DNA from: an uncultured Verrucomicrobiae bacterium
Lineage (GTDB): Bacteria > Verrucomicrobiota > Verrucomicrobiia > Chthoniobacterales > Chthoniobacteraceae
Assembly: GCA_963769025.1 (NCBI GenBank)
Contig: CAVYKI010000003.1
Span: forward strand, 832,001 to 896,000
Length of the DNA stretch: 64,000 bases
Reading direction: 5' to 3'
Below are positions 39,882-50,088 of the stretch, piece by piece. How positions within the stretch are numbered: the stretch's first letter is position 1; each line of letters starts with the position of its first letter. The notes under the pieces were generated by a model. That model did no database searches and had not been told where the DNA came from. It saw only the letters and a program-made list of their open reading frames with translations. Made by a program: the position numbers and the translations under genes.

Positions 39882-41010
39882 ATGAACGTCCACGGCACCC
39901 ATTACCGCACCATCTGGCAAAAGCCCGGCAGACGACCGCGTCGTCGAGATCATCGATCAGCGCGCACTGCCGCACCGGTTCGTCATCGAGAAAATCTCCA
40001 CCGTCGCGCAGATGGCCGCGGCCATCGCGGAGATGCACGTCCGCGGCGCGGGGCTCATCGGCGCATCGGCCGCCTGGGGGATGTATCTCGCAGCGATCGA
40101 GGCAGCGCGCAGCCGCGCCTTTGACAAACGCCTCGCCGAATCCGGCGCGACGCTGAAAGCCACGCGCCCCACCGCCGTGAATCTCGCCTGGGCCGTGGAC
40201 CGCCAGCTCGCCGCCATCGCACGCGGCTCGACGGCGAAGGAGAAGATCGCCATCGCGCGCGAGACCGCCGTTTTGATCGCCGACGAAGACGCCGCCGCCT
40301 GCGCCGCCATCGGCCGACACGGGCTGCCGCTCCTCCGCGCCATCAGCCGCAGGAAAGGCGGCGCGCCGGTGAACGTCCTCACGCATTGCAACGCCGGCTG
40401 GCTCGCATTCGTGGACCACGGCTCCGCCACCGCGCCCATCTACGCCGCGCACGATGCCGGCATCCCCGTCCACGTGTGGGTGGACGAGACCCGCCCGCGC
40501 AGCCAGGGCGCAAAGCTCACCGCGTGGGAACTCGGCCAGCACGGCGTCCCGCACACCGTCATCGCCGACAACACCGGCGGCCACCTCATGCAGCACGGCA
40601 TGGTGGACATGTGCATCACCGGCACCGACCGCACCACGCGCACCGGCGACGTCGCGAACAAGATCGGCACGTATCTGAAAGCGCTCGCCGCGCGCGACAA
40701 CCGCGTCCCCTTCTACGTCGCGCTGCCGTCGTCGTCGTTCGACTGGAAAATGCGCGACGGCCTGCGCGAAATCCCCATCGAGGAGCGCGGCTCCGAGGAA
40801 GTGAAATTCGCCGACGGCCTCACCATCGGCGCCAACGGCAAACCCGGCCGCCACGCCGAAGTCCTCGTCGCCCCGCCCGACAGCCCCGCGGCGAACTACG
40901 GCTTCGACGTGACGCCTTCGCGCCTCGTCACCGGCCTCCTCACCGAACGCGGCCACTGCCGCGCCACGGAAAAGGCAATCCTCGCGCTCTTCCCCGAGCA
41001 CGCAAAGTAG
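39882..41010 (+). CDS. mtnA: S-methyl-5-thioribose-1-phosphate isomerase (frameshift near 39925)
   Basis: YRTIW, IDQR.LP, M.VRGA, TRPTAVNL, LTHCNAG, VDETRP, ANKIGTY, FDVTP. Confidence 0.93.
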
Positions 41011-41118
41011 TCCCGCGCTTCAGCGCATCACGACACGTGGATGTCAGCACGCGTGCAGTTGCCTGCGGATATCGCAACCATGGGTGCGTAAGACGCGCTG
41101 AAGCGCGGGACCATTCCG

Positions 41119-41448
41119 TTACCGCAACTCCACGATGCGCTGACCGCTGTCGAACGCCTGCTGGATGAAGGGCCAGTCCTCGGCAAAGCGGGCGAGCAGC
41201 GCGGCGTTCCGGCAATTGCCGATGCGCACCCAGAGCAAGCGGCCCGTGTCGCTGTCGCGATTTGCGAGGTGAAGAAAATCCTCGTCCTTGGAAACGACGA
41301 TGCGGTTTTCAGCCGCGGCACGTGCCCAGATCTCGGTATCGGTAAACGAGTCAGGGCTGAGGTGCAGGACGTGGACCGCATCCGCGTCCTGCGCCGCGAG
41401 CCAATGCGCGAGCGCGACGGGCAATTGGTTGTCCACGAGCAGCCTCAC
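41119..41448 (-). CDS. DUF5615 PIN-like toxin (VapC45-like)
   Basis: LLVDNQLP, HV, D..IW..A, VSKDEDF, GN. Confidence 0.85.
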   Translation of the reverse strand: MRLLVDNQLPVALAHWLAAQDADAVHVLHLSPDSFTDTEIWARAAAENRIVVSKDEDFLHLANRDSDTGRLLWVRIGNCRNAALLARFAEDWPFIQQAFDSGQRIVELR

Positions 41449-41669
41449 GCTGCGGTGAGCACGGCGTGATCCGTCTGGCGCGCGGCGTAAAGGAGAGCGG
41501 CGCGAATGTCATCCTCTTCGAGGAAGGAATAATCGGTGAGGATTTCCTCGTGCGAAGCGCCCGCCGCGAGGAGTTCCAGCACATCCACCACGCGGATGCG
41601 CATCCCGCGGATGCAGGGGCGTCCGCCGCACTTGCCCGGTTCGATGGTGATACGGTCGAGGAGCGACAT
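41445..41669 (-). CDS. DUF433 antitoxin (VapB45-like)
   Basis: RITIEPGKCGGRPCIRGMRIRV, EEILTDY..LE.DDIRAALLYA; overlaps the toxin start. Confidence 0.92.
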   Translation of the reverse strand: MSLLDRITIEPGKCGGRPCIRGMRIRVVDVLELLAAGASHEEILTDYSFLEEDDIRAALLYAARQTDHAVLTAA

Positions 41670-41761
41670 GTGCGGAGGCTAGCCCGATTGTTGCGGGAGA
41701 CAAGAGCGCTTCCGCGCTTCGTCTGGCTTGAAGCACCGCACACACCGGCTACAACTCCGGC

Positions 41762-43099
41762 ATGGGTCCCCGCACACGTGTGTTGATCGGCAGCGTTGCA
41801 GTTTTGCTCGCGTGGACGCTTGGCTACGGCATGGGCGGCGGGTTTCGCATCGGCGGAAATGGCGCGGCGGACGACTCGTTCGGGGATCAAGGCGCGGGGC
41901 GGCACATCCCATGGACACGCGAGCGGCTGATCGATTCCATTAAGCCTATAGGCAAGGAGCCGCACAGTATGTCTGCAGTCCGGTTTGCGATGAAGCTCAC
42001 CGAGCAACTGGGCCCGAAGGATTTTCCGCTCGCGCTCAAGGTCGCCGAAGAGATCAAAGATCAGCTTGCTGGGAACGAACGGGTTTTCAACCAGGTGGCG
42101 CTCATGCGTTGGGCGGAAATGAAGCCTGAGGCAGCCGCGGAATACCTCAAGACCAACGACAAAATCGGCCCCGAATACCTTTCTGATAGTGATGCGTTCC
42201 TCGCCGTCTGGGGCGCTGCGAATCCCACCGCCGCGATTGCCTGGGCGAAGACGCTTCGCGCGGACCAACGGCGGGGTGTCCTCAAACAAATTCTAGTGGC
42301 GACCGGACGCCGGGATCTGGATGCAGCCATTGCCCTTGCGCGGGCTCATACGCCTGAGTTGCTGAACGCTGGCACTCTCGGTGTGAACGACGGCACTCTC
42401 GGTGAAGCGTTCAGTAACACGCTCATCAGTATGACGCTCATTGATCACGACTCTGAGCGCATCGCACGCACCCTCGCTCCGCTCGGCATTTCAAACGCGT
42501 TCCATCTCGCTACATCAAGGTGGGCAGTGAAAAATGTCGATGAGGCCATGAAATGGGCGCTGGAACTCACGGACGAAAAAGTCCGCACCCAAGCATTGAA
42601 GGCCGTCTGGCAGGGATTCGCCGAAAGGGATGCCAAGGAAGCTGCGCGCCAGTTTGCGAAGAACGCCGCTGACGCTCCGTTCATCGAAGGCGTAAGCAAG
42701 GACATTGCGACGAAGCTGGCGTGGACGGCTGCTAGTTGGGCTGCCATCTGGGCTGCCACGCTCCAGCAGCCCAAGGCGCGGCGTGAAGCCTTCGAAGCAC
42801 TGGGGTCGCACTACGGAAGCATTGATGCCGCCGCGGGCGGTCGGTGGCTGGAGACGCTGCCTGCGGGAGCGGATCGGGACGGTGCAATCAAAGTCTTCAT
42901 TCAGCGTGCCAAATCAACCCACCCAAGAGAATCAGCCGAATGGGCGACGGCCATTCAGGAACGTGACGACCGCCGTGATGCTCTGCGCGAGGCTGTCGAG
43001 ACTTGGTTTACCAAAGACCTCGGCACTGCTCTGGAATGGCTCCAGACGTCGCCCAAACTTTCCGACGAAGATAGGCGTGCCCTTTTGAAGAAAAAATAA
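41762..43099 (+). CDS. Hypothetical membrane-anchored alpha-helical repeat protein
   Basis: N-terminal TM; recurring W...dP.aA..Wa motifs; composition visibly more AT-rich than the flanks. Confidence 0.75.
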   Translation: MGPRTRVLIGSVAVLLAWTLGYGMGGGFRIGGNGAADDSFGDQGAGRHIPWTRERLIDSIKPIGKEPHSMSAVRFAMKLTEQLGPKDFPLALKVAEEIKDQLAGNERVFNQVALMRWAEMKPEAAAEYLKTNDKIGPEYLSDSDAFLAVWGAANPTAAIAWAKTLRADQRRGVLKQILVATGRRDLDAAIALARAHTPELLNAGTLGVNDGTLGEAFSNTLISMTLIDHDSERIARTLAPLGISNAFHLATSRWAVKNVDEAMKWALELTDEKVRTQALKAVWQGFAERDAKEAARQFAKNAADAPFIEGVSKDIATKLAWTAASWAAIWAATLQQPKARREAFEALGSHYGSIDAAAGGRWLETLPAGADRDGAIKVFIQRAKSTHPRESAEWATAIQERDDRRDALREAVETWFTKDLGTALEWLQTSPKLSDEDRRALLKKK

Positions 43100-43119
43100 C
43101 TGGCAGGTGCGGTGACACG

Positions 43120-44091
43120 CTAATCGCCGTATCCGCCTGGATGCCTCACATGCCAGGCCCAGGCGCTGGCGATGATCTTTTCCACGTCCTGGAATTGCGG
43201 TTTCCAACCGAGTTCGGCGCGGACTTTTTCCGAGGCGGCGATGAGGCGCGGCGGGTCGCCGGGGCGGCGCGGCTTTTCGAGGACGGCGATTTTTTTGCCG
43301 GTGACCGTTTCGCAGGCGGCGATGATTTCGCGGACGCTGGTGCCGCCGCCGGTGCCGAGGTTGTATTTCGCGCTCTGCGGGGCGGTGAGGGCGAGCATGT
43401 GCGCCTGCGCGAGGTCGAGGATGTGGATGTAGTCGCGGATGCACGTGCCGTCGGGCGTGGGGTAGTCGGTGCCGTAGATTTCGACGTGCGGCTTCTGGCC
43501 GAGGGCGACCTTGAGGACGTTCGGGATGAGGTGCGTCTCGATGCGGTGATCCTCGCCGAAGGTCTCGCTGGCGCCGGCGGCGTTGAAGTAGCGCAGCGCG
43601 ACGTAGGTCAGGCCGTGGATTTCGGAATACCAGCGGAGGATCTGCTCGAAGATGAGCTTGCTCTCGCCGTACGGATTGATCGGGCGCTGCGGGACGGTTT
43701 CGTCGATCGGGATCTGCTCCGGCACGCCGAAGGTGGCGCAGGTGCTGGAGAAGACGAGGCGCTTGCAGCCGGCGGCGTGCATGGCGTCGAGGAGGTTGAT
43801 GCCGCCGTGGACGTTGTTGCGGAAATATTTCGAGGGGTTCGTCATGCTCTCGCCGACGAGGGCATTCGCCGCGAAGTGCATGACGGCGTCGGGCCGCACT
43901 TTCTCCAGCGCATCCTCGATGTCGCAGCGCTGCTGGAGGTCGCCGGTGATGAGCACCGCGCGGGAATCCACGGCTGTGCGGTGGCCTTCGGTGAGATTGT
44001 CAAAGACGGTGACGATGTGGCCGGAGTTGAGGAGCTGTTCGACGCAGATGCTGCCGATGTAGCCGGCGCCGCCGGTGACGAGGATTTTCAT
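43120..44091 (-). CDS. galE: UDP-glucose 4-epimerase
   Basis: VTGGAGYIGS, HFAA...VGES, NPYGESK, LRYFNAAG, DGTCIRDYIH. Confidence 0.96.
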   Translation of the reverse strand: MKILVTGGAGYIGSICVEQLLNSGHIVTVFDNLTEGHRTAVDSRAVLITGDLQQRCDIEDALEKVRPDAVMHFAANALVGESMTNPSKYFRNNVHGGINLLDAMHAAGCKRLVFSSTCATFGVPEQIPIDETVPQRPINPYGESKLIFEQILRWYSEIHGLTYVALRYFNAAGASETFGEDHRIETHLIPNVLKVALGQKPHVEIYGTDYPTPDGTCIRDYIHILDLAQAHMLALTAPQSAKYNLGTGGGTSVREIIAACETVTGKKIAVLEKPRRPGDPPRLIAASEKVRAELGWKPQFQDVEKIIASAWAWHVRHPGGYGD

Positions 44092-44207
44092 GGTGCGCCG
44101 GGTTTACCGCGCTGTCGCGAAGTCGGAAAGGGCAATCAAGACCGTGCTTGCCTCGCAGGATGACGCCGCTAGAACGGGCGTCCCTCAACCTCCAAGAACT
44201 CACTTTT

Positions 44208-45113
44208 ATGCCAGAACGCATCGGATTTGTCGGAGTCGGCCGCATGGGCGCAAACATGGCGCGCCGCCTCAAGGACGTGGGTTACCCCGTCACCGCCGTC
44301 TATGACATCAACACCAAGGGCGCGCAGGAACTCGCCGCCGAACTCGGCGCGGAAGCCTGCACGAAGCTCTCGCGCGTGACCGAACTGAGCGACGTGATCA
44401 TCACCGTCGTCACGGACGACAAGGCGATGCTGAACATTTTCACGAACAAGAAGGACAACCTGCTCATGGGCGCGAAGGGCCGCACGTTTGTGAACTGCGC
44501 GACCATTTCCCCGGCGACGCACGTGCAGGTGGAAAAGCTCGCGAAGAAGGCAAAGGCCGCGTCGCTGGAAGGCTGCATGGCGTCGAGCATCAACCAGGCG
44601 CGCGCCGGCACGCTCTACCTCATGTGCGCGGGCGAAAAGGCGACGTTTGAGAAATTGAAGCCCATCCTCACCAAGCTGAGCGACGAGGGAAAACTGATGC
44701 GCTACATCGGCAAGGCCGGGCAGGCGGCGCAGGTGAAGGCGCTCGTGAACATGGTCATGAACATCAACACCGCCGGGCTCGCCGAGGGCCTCGGCCTCGC
44801 GGATGCACTGAAGCTGGACCTCAAGGTCGTCAGCGAAGTCTTCAGCCAGACCGGCGCGAACAGCCGCGTGCTCGTGACCGACGGCGAGGACATGATCAAC
44901 CGCGACCATTCGTGCTTCTTCAGCGCCGCGCACGCCGCGAAGGACAGCGGCATCGCGCTGAGCCTCGGCAAGCAGCAGAAACTCAATCTTCCCCTCGCAG
45001 CCGCCACCTTCGCGCAATACTCGAAGATGGTGAAAACCGGCCTCGGCGCGCTCGACAAGAGCGGCATCGCCGAGCTGACCTTCAAAGGCCGCGGGCCGAA
45101 GAAGAAAAGATGA
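44208..45113 (+). CDS. NAD(P)-dependent beta-hydroxyacid dehydrogenase family oxidoreductase
   Basis: IGFVGVGRMGANMA, K.LVN, KD.GIAL. Confidence 0.88.
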   Translation: MPERIGFVGVGRMGANMARRLKDVGYPVTAVYDINTKGAQELAAELGAEACTKLSRVTELSDVIITVVTDDKAMLNIFTNKKDNLLMGAKGRTFVNCATISPATHVQVEKLAKKAKAASLEGCMASSINQARAGTLYLMCAGEKATFEKLKPILTKLSDEGKLMRYIGKAGQAAQVKALVNMVMNINTAGLAEGLGLADALKLDLKVVSEVFSQTGANSRVLVTDGEDMINRDHSCFFSAAHAAKDSGIALSLGKQQKLNLPLAAATFAQYSKMVKTGLGALDKSGIAELTFKGRGPKKKR

Positions 45114-45242
45114 TCGGTGATAAGTGAAAGGTGCGGAGCAGGCCCCTGACCACCTCTCACGTTTCACTTTCCAGCTGTCACCCCACAGTTCCCCCGCCGA
45201 CTCGGCGGATCCTCAAACAACCAACAACCAAACAAAAAACAC

Positions 45243-45680
45243 ATGAGCTACGTTCCCATGATCAGTTCCGGAGTCGCCGGCCCCCTCGGCGCCCTCCATC
45301 TCCCCCGTCTCTGGCTGAAACTCAGCCTCGAAGCCGCAGGCAAACTCGCCGCCGGCTACCCCGGCCTCGGCAAGGGCTACGACCAGATGACCTGCGACCA
45401 GCTCGGCTTCGACGGCGCGGCCGCGACGGAGTTCGTCAAGACCAGCAAGCCCAACTATCCGCAGTTCGAGGCGTGGGTGCGCCAGAACGGCAAGAAGCTG
45501 ACGAAGGCCGACATCCAGCGCCACAACCTCGCCATCCTCGGCTATTGCCACGATGACGCGACGCGCAAAGGCATCCTCACCGCGAGCGGCCTGCCCGACG
45601 ACGGCAGCGTGCTCCCCGGCGCGATCGACCTGAACAACCTCGACGACTGGCAGGAATTCCACGCCGCCGTCCTCAAGTAA
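45243..45680 (+). CDS. DUF5069 family protein
   Basis: GPLGALHLPRLWLK, GY...GYD, NNLDDW. Confidence 0.75.
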   Translation: MSYVPMISSGVAGPLGALHLPRLWLKLSLEAAGKLAAGYPGLGKGYDQMTCDQLGFDGAAATEFVKTSKPNYPQFEAWVRQNGKKLTKADIQRHNLAILGYCHDDATRKGILTASGLPDDGSVLPGAIDLNNLDDWQEFHAAVLK

Positions 45681-45700
45681 GGCGCGAGCCCACGAATCAC

Positions 45701-45737
45701 AAAAGCCGGCGCGGGAAACTGCGCCGGCTTTTTTTTG
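45701..45737. terminator. Bidirectional intrinsic terminator
   Basis: aaaagccggcgc-gggaaact-gcgccggcttttttttt between two convergent genes. Confidence 0.88.
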
Positions 45738-45738
45738 A

Positions 45739-47118
45739 TCAGCCGGGAAGCTTCACGCTGAACGTCGCACTCGTCCCTTCCTCACTTGCGGCGGTGATGC
45801 TGCCGCCGTGCGCATGCACGATGGCCTGCGCGATCGCGAGGCCGAGCCCGGCGTGCCCGGCGGAGCGCGCCTGGTCCGCGCGATGGAAGCGCTCGAAGAC
45901 ATGCGGCAGGTCCGCCGTGGAAATGCCGGGGCCTGTGTTATGGACGGTGAGCCCGGCGCTGCCGTTCTCACGCGCCGTGGTGATGCGCACCGTGCCGCCA
46001 TCGCGGTTGTATTCGATGGCGTTGGCGAGCAGGTTCGTGACGACCTGGGCGATGCGCTCTCCATCGCAGCGGCACGGCGCCGCGGTAAACTCTTCGGAGA
46101 TCGTGATGGCTCGCTTTGCCGCGAGAGGGCGGATCAACTCCGAGCAGTCGGCGGCGATTCCCGCAAGGTCGCACTCTTCGCGGCGCATGGCCTCCTGTCC
46201 CGCGTCGAGCCGTGCGAGTTCGAGCAGGGACTCGATGAGGCCCCGCATCCGCTGCGTGGCGCGCTGGCAGGCTTCGATCGTCTCGCGGTATTCCGAGGCA
46301 GGGCGCTCGCGAGCGAGGGCGGCCTGCGTCTGCGTGAGCATCACGGCGACGGGCGTGCGCAGTTCGTGCGCGGCATCGGCGGTGAAGCGCGCCTGCTGCG
46401 CAAACGCGGCGTCGAGCCGTGCGAAGGTTGCGTTCAGGACGCCGGCGAGCCGTCCGAGTTCGCTGTCCGTCTCAGTCGTGCTGATGCGCTGTGAGAGATC
46501 GCCTGCGGCGATTTTTTCCGCCGTGGAGGTGATGTCGTCCACCGGCTTGATTGCGCGCGTCGCGAGCCACCACCCGCCGATCATTCCCGCGGCGAGGACC
46601 GCGCCGCCGATGGCAGCGAGGACTGCGGCGAACGTGTGAAGCTCGGTATCCTCCGCCGCGATCGTGCGGCCCACGAGCACACAGTCCACCGGTGCGGCGA
46701 AGAGGAACGACTCGCGGAATTCGCCGCGCGTCCGCACGGCGGCGTCGCGGCTCCGCGGCTGCGGGATGTTCGCCGGCGCGTTCGGCGACCGCAGCACCGG
46801 CTCCTTGCCGCGCAGCCAGACGGCGAAGTAATGCCCCGCGCCGTCGCCGAAGAGCGCGGACTGCTGCGGGGTGAGCCGGACCTCACCGAGCTGCGGCGGC
46901 CCCGGCGCACGTTCCCTGCCCGGCGGCCCCGGGCGGTTGGCGGCGCGCAGCGCGACGACGAGCGTGGAGACGCGCACCTGCAATTCCTCGTCGATCCGCC
47001 GGAAGCGCCGCGCCTTTTCAAAATGGAATGCGGTGAAGCCGAAGCCGCACAGCACGGCGACGAGCAGCGCGCCATACCAGAGCTGCAGCCGCCAGCGGAT
47101 GGACATTGGGAAACGCAT
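45739..47118 (-). CDS. HAMP-domain sensor histidine kinase (CusS/QseC-like class)
   Basis: Two TM helices, HAMP, FTADAAHELRTP, NLLANA, N.GPGI, FERF.R.D, GLGLAIA. Confidence 0.93.
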   Translation of the reverse strand: MRFPMSIRWRLQLWYGALLVAVLCGFGFTAFHFEKARRFRRIDEELQVRVSTLVVALRAANRPGPPGRERAPGPPQLGEVRLTPQQSALFGDGAGHYFAVWLRGKEPVLRSPNAPANIPQPRSRDAAVRTRGEFRESFLFAAPVDCVLVGRTIAAEDTELHTFAAVLAAIGGAVLAAGMIGGWWLATRAIKPVDDITSTAEKIAAGDLSQRISTTETDSELGRLAGVLNATFARLDAAFAQQARFTADAAHELRTPVAVMLTQTQAALARERPASEYRETIEACQRATQRMRGLIESLLELARLDAGQEAMRREECDLAGIAADCSELIRPLAAKRAITISEEFTAAPCRCDGERIAQVVTNLLANAIEYNRDGGTVRITTARENGSAGLTVHNTGPGISTADLPHVFERFHRADQARSAGHAGLGLAIAQAIVHAHGGSITAASEEGTSATFSVKLPG

Positions 47119-47771
47119 CACGTATCGATGCAATAGCCGTGGCCGCGCCGCGTGGCGATGAAGTCGTGGCCGAGCTTCTTGCGGACGTTCGAGACGTGGA
47201 CATCGAGCAGGTTCGACAGTGAATCGTCGTTCTCGTCGAAGAGATGCTCGTAGAGCTGCGTGCGCGTGACGACCTCGCCGCGGTGCAGCGCGAGGAATTC
47301 CACGAGCGAATACTCGCGCGCGGTGAGCACGACGGGCTTCTTCTTATGCAGGACGGTGCGCGCCGCAATGTCCACCGTCACATCGCCAATCTCGATCACC
47401 GAGCGCGCCTCGCTCGCGCTGCGGCGGATGATCGCGCGCAGCCGCGCGAGCAGTTCGGGGAGGTCGAACGGCTTCACGAGGTAGTCGTCCGCGCCCGTGT
47501 CGAGGCCGCGCACGCGATCGGCACTGCGATCGCGCGCGGTGAGCAGCAGCACGGGCGTCTTTTTCTCCACGCGAAGGCGGCGCAGCACCTCCCAGCCGTC
47601 GAGGCGCGGCAGCATCACGTCGAGCACGATGGCGTCGTAGTTCACTTCACGCGCCTTGTAGAGCCCGTCCTCGCCATCCGCCGCCGTGTCCACGGCATAG
47701 CCCTCCTCGCGCAGCGCGTGCGCGAGGCCGCGCAGGAGGTCGGGCTCGTCTTCGACGATGAGAATGCGCAT
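47118..47771 (-). CDS. OmpR/PhoB family response regulator
   Basis: MRILIVEDE, LDVMLP, GADDYLVKPF, LTAREY, DVHVSNVRKKL, TRRGHGY. Confidence 0.95.
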   Translation of the reverse strand: MRILIVEDEPDLLRGLAHALREEGYAVDTAADGEDGLYKAREVNYDAIVLDVMLPRLDGWEVLRRLRVEKKTPVLLLTARDRSADRVRGLDTGADDYLVKPFDLPELLARLRAIIRRSASEARSVIEIGDVTVDIAARTVLHKKKPVVLTAREYSLVEFLALHRGEVVTRTQLYEHLFDENDDSLSNLLDVHVSNVRKKLGHDFIATRRGHGYCIDT

Positions 47772-47789
47772 GGGGTGAGTGTCGGCGCG

Positions 47790-47878
47790 GCACCTTAACG
47801 GGAGATGAAGCGCGTGAGAAAGGCGGAGCGCGGAAAAATTTGCGGGGCGCGTGCGTGCTTCACCTTGCCTTAAGGTGC
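47790..47878. promoter_or_regulatory. Two inverted 22-bp boxes, probable response-regulator binding sites
   Basis: gcaccttaacgggagatgaagc (47790-47811) and the reverse complement of 47857-47878 (gcaccttaaggcaaggtgaagc) match at 18/22. Confidence 0.7.
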
Positions 47879-47897
47879 GCCTTTGCAACCTGCGCGC

Positions 47898-50040
47898 ATG
47901 AAACGAAGCCTCCTCCATCTCGCAGGCCGCGCGCTTCTTGCGTCGCCGGCATTTTTCCCCGTCGCCGGGTCGGCGCACGACGCGAACGGCGAGCCGCATA
48001 GGGCATACGAAACACCCGCGGGGTCGCCGGTGGTTCTGCTCGCGCAGGCGGATGCACAGCAAGATCGCACGCAGGTCGGCGCGCGCAGGATGCGGACGAA
48101 CCGGCCCGCGCAGGCGGCGGCGTTCGAGGCGTTCGCGCCAAAGGTGAACGTGCGGTGGGACGAGCGGTTTCTTTTCGTCGAGGGCAACGGGCTGCCGTCG
48201 CACAACATGATGGTGGGCATCACCGCGTGGCAGCAGCAGGTGCCGCTGCCGCAGAATTACTCGGGCGCGAATGCATGGCAGATTCCGCTCGTGCCGGTGC
48301 CGGCGAAGGAGCCTGCGTCGATCAAGGACCGCTTCCTGCGCGGGGCGATCGCGCTGGCGGTGAATGGCGTTCCCATTTTCAATCCGCAGAACAACCGGGG
48401 CGAAGTCTCGCAGGAGATAGGCGAACTGGACGAGTGGGGCGGTCACTGTGGGCGCGCGGACGACTATCATTACCACGCCGCGCCGCTGCATTTGCAGGCG
48501 GTCGCCGGGAAAGGCCATCCCATCGCGTTTGCGCTCGATGGCTATGCGATCTACGGCCTCACGGAGCCGGATGGCGCGCAGCCGACGGGGCTCGATGCGT
48601 TCAACGGCCACACGACTCAGGCGCTCGGGTATCATTATCACGCCTCGAAAAAGTACCCGTACGTGAATGGCGGATTCCGCGGCGAAGTCGTCGAACGCGA
48701 GGGCCAGGTGGACCCGCAGCCGCGCGCGAATGGTGTGCGCGAGGCATTGCAGGCTTTGCGCGGCGCGAAAATCACGGCCTTCGAGAGCACTGGCGCGAAC
48801 AGCTACAAGCTCTCCTACGATGTGAACGGCGACAAACGCGCGGTGCTCTACTCGATCAATGCGGACGGCACGTTCCCGTTTGAATTCCAGAACGGCAGCG
48901 CGGGCACGACGAAACAGGTTTATACGCTGCGGCAGCGTGGCGGCGGCGGTGGCGGGCCGCGCCCCGATGGCGAGCGTCCGCCTCGTCGCGCCGGTGAACG
49001 TCCCGGCGGCGGCGGGGATCGTCCGCCTCGTCCCGAAGATGGTCCCGGTGGGCCGCCTCCGCGCCCAGGCGGCGGCGGTGAACGCCGCGGCGGCCAGCAG
49101 GAGGCCGCCTCGCATTTCGGCCCCGATGCGATGAAAAAGCCGAGCGCGACTTTTGTCCTCACCAGCCCCGAGATTTCTGCCGATGGAAAACTGCCGATCG
49201 ACTACACGGGCGACGGCAGCGGCGCGACTTTGCCCCTCGCATGGAAGGGCGCGCCCGCGGGCACGAAGAGCTATGCGCTCCTCATGGATCACGTCGCGCC
49301 GGGCAATATGATGAAGCACTACTGGACGATGTGGGACATCCCCGCGGGCACGACGAGCCTTCCGAAAAACGTGAAGGGCGTCGGCAAAACCGGCGCGAGC
49401 TTCAAGGGGCAGATCGGCTACGAGCCGCCGCATTCGCAGGGGCCGGGTGCGAAGACCTACGTGCTCACGGTCTATGCGCTTTCGTCGCCATTGCAGATCA
49501 CGCAGCAGCCGCGTGAGGTGAACCGCGACGTCCTGCTCGCGGCGATGAAAGACAAGGTGCTCGCGAGTTCATCGCTGAGCGTCGTCTATTCGCGCAGCGG
49601 CAATGCGCAGAGTGAAGGCCAGCGCCCGCCGCGCCGGGAGGGCGGGCCGGGTGCCGATGGCCAGCGCCCACCGCGGCGCGAGGAGGGCGGCAACGGTCAA
49701 CCACCCCCGCCTCCTCCGCAGGCGCAAGTGCAGGAGCAGCTCATTTCCGCGGCGCCGCAATTCGCCGCCGCGGATCAACCGCCACAGCCTCCGCAGCCCG
49801 GCGAGCGTCGTTCGGGTGGGCCGGGCGGAAAAGGTGGCGGCAAAGGCGGCCCGCCCGGCCTCATCAAGCCCAGCATCGCCGACACGATGAAGCTCAACGT
49901 CTATGCGGACAATTGGTTCATGCTCTACGTGAATGGCGCCTCGTCGCCGTGGACCCGATCCAGTTCACGCCGCACAACGTCGTGAGCGTGGATTTTCTCC
50001 CCGAGTATCCGATGACCATCGCGGTGATGGCCAAGGACCC
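47898..50040 (+). CDS. YHYH domain plus YbhB/YbcL (PEBP) fusion protein with Gly/Pro/Arg linkers; 3' end disrupted
   Basis: GAIALAVNGVPIFNP, LDEWGGH...YHYH, second YHYH; W.GAPAGTKSYALLM.H, YWTMWDIP, YEPPHSQGPG. Confidence 0.85.
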
Positions 50041-50088
50041 TCTGCTCTGCTCCCCCGCTCCCGTCGCAAACCTTCACGCGCAAGCCCC

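Noticed and set aside
39882..41010. mtnA working with the BMC class II aldolase as a DHAP shunt
   Set aside because: The genes are about 13 kb apart with unrelated genes between, no kinase or phosphorylase partner is adjacent, and the BMC fits the PVM type.
47118..49433. 771-aa response regulator with a long N-terminal extension
   Set aside because: The extension is the antisense shadow of the YHYH gene; the real start is MRILIVED at 47771.
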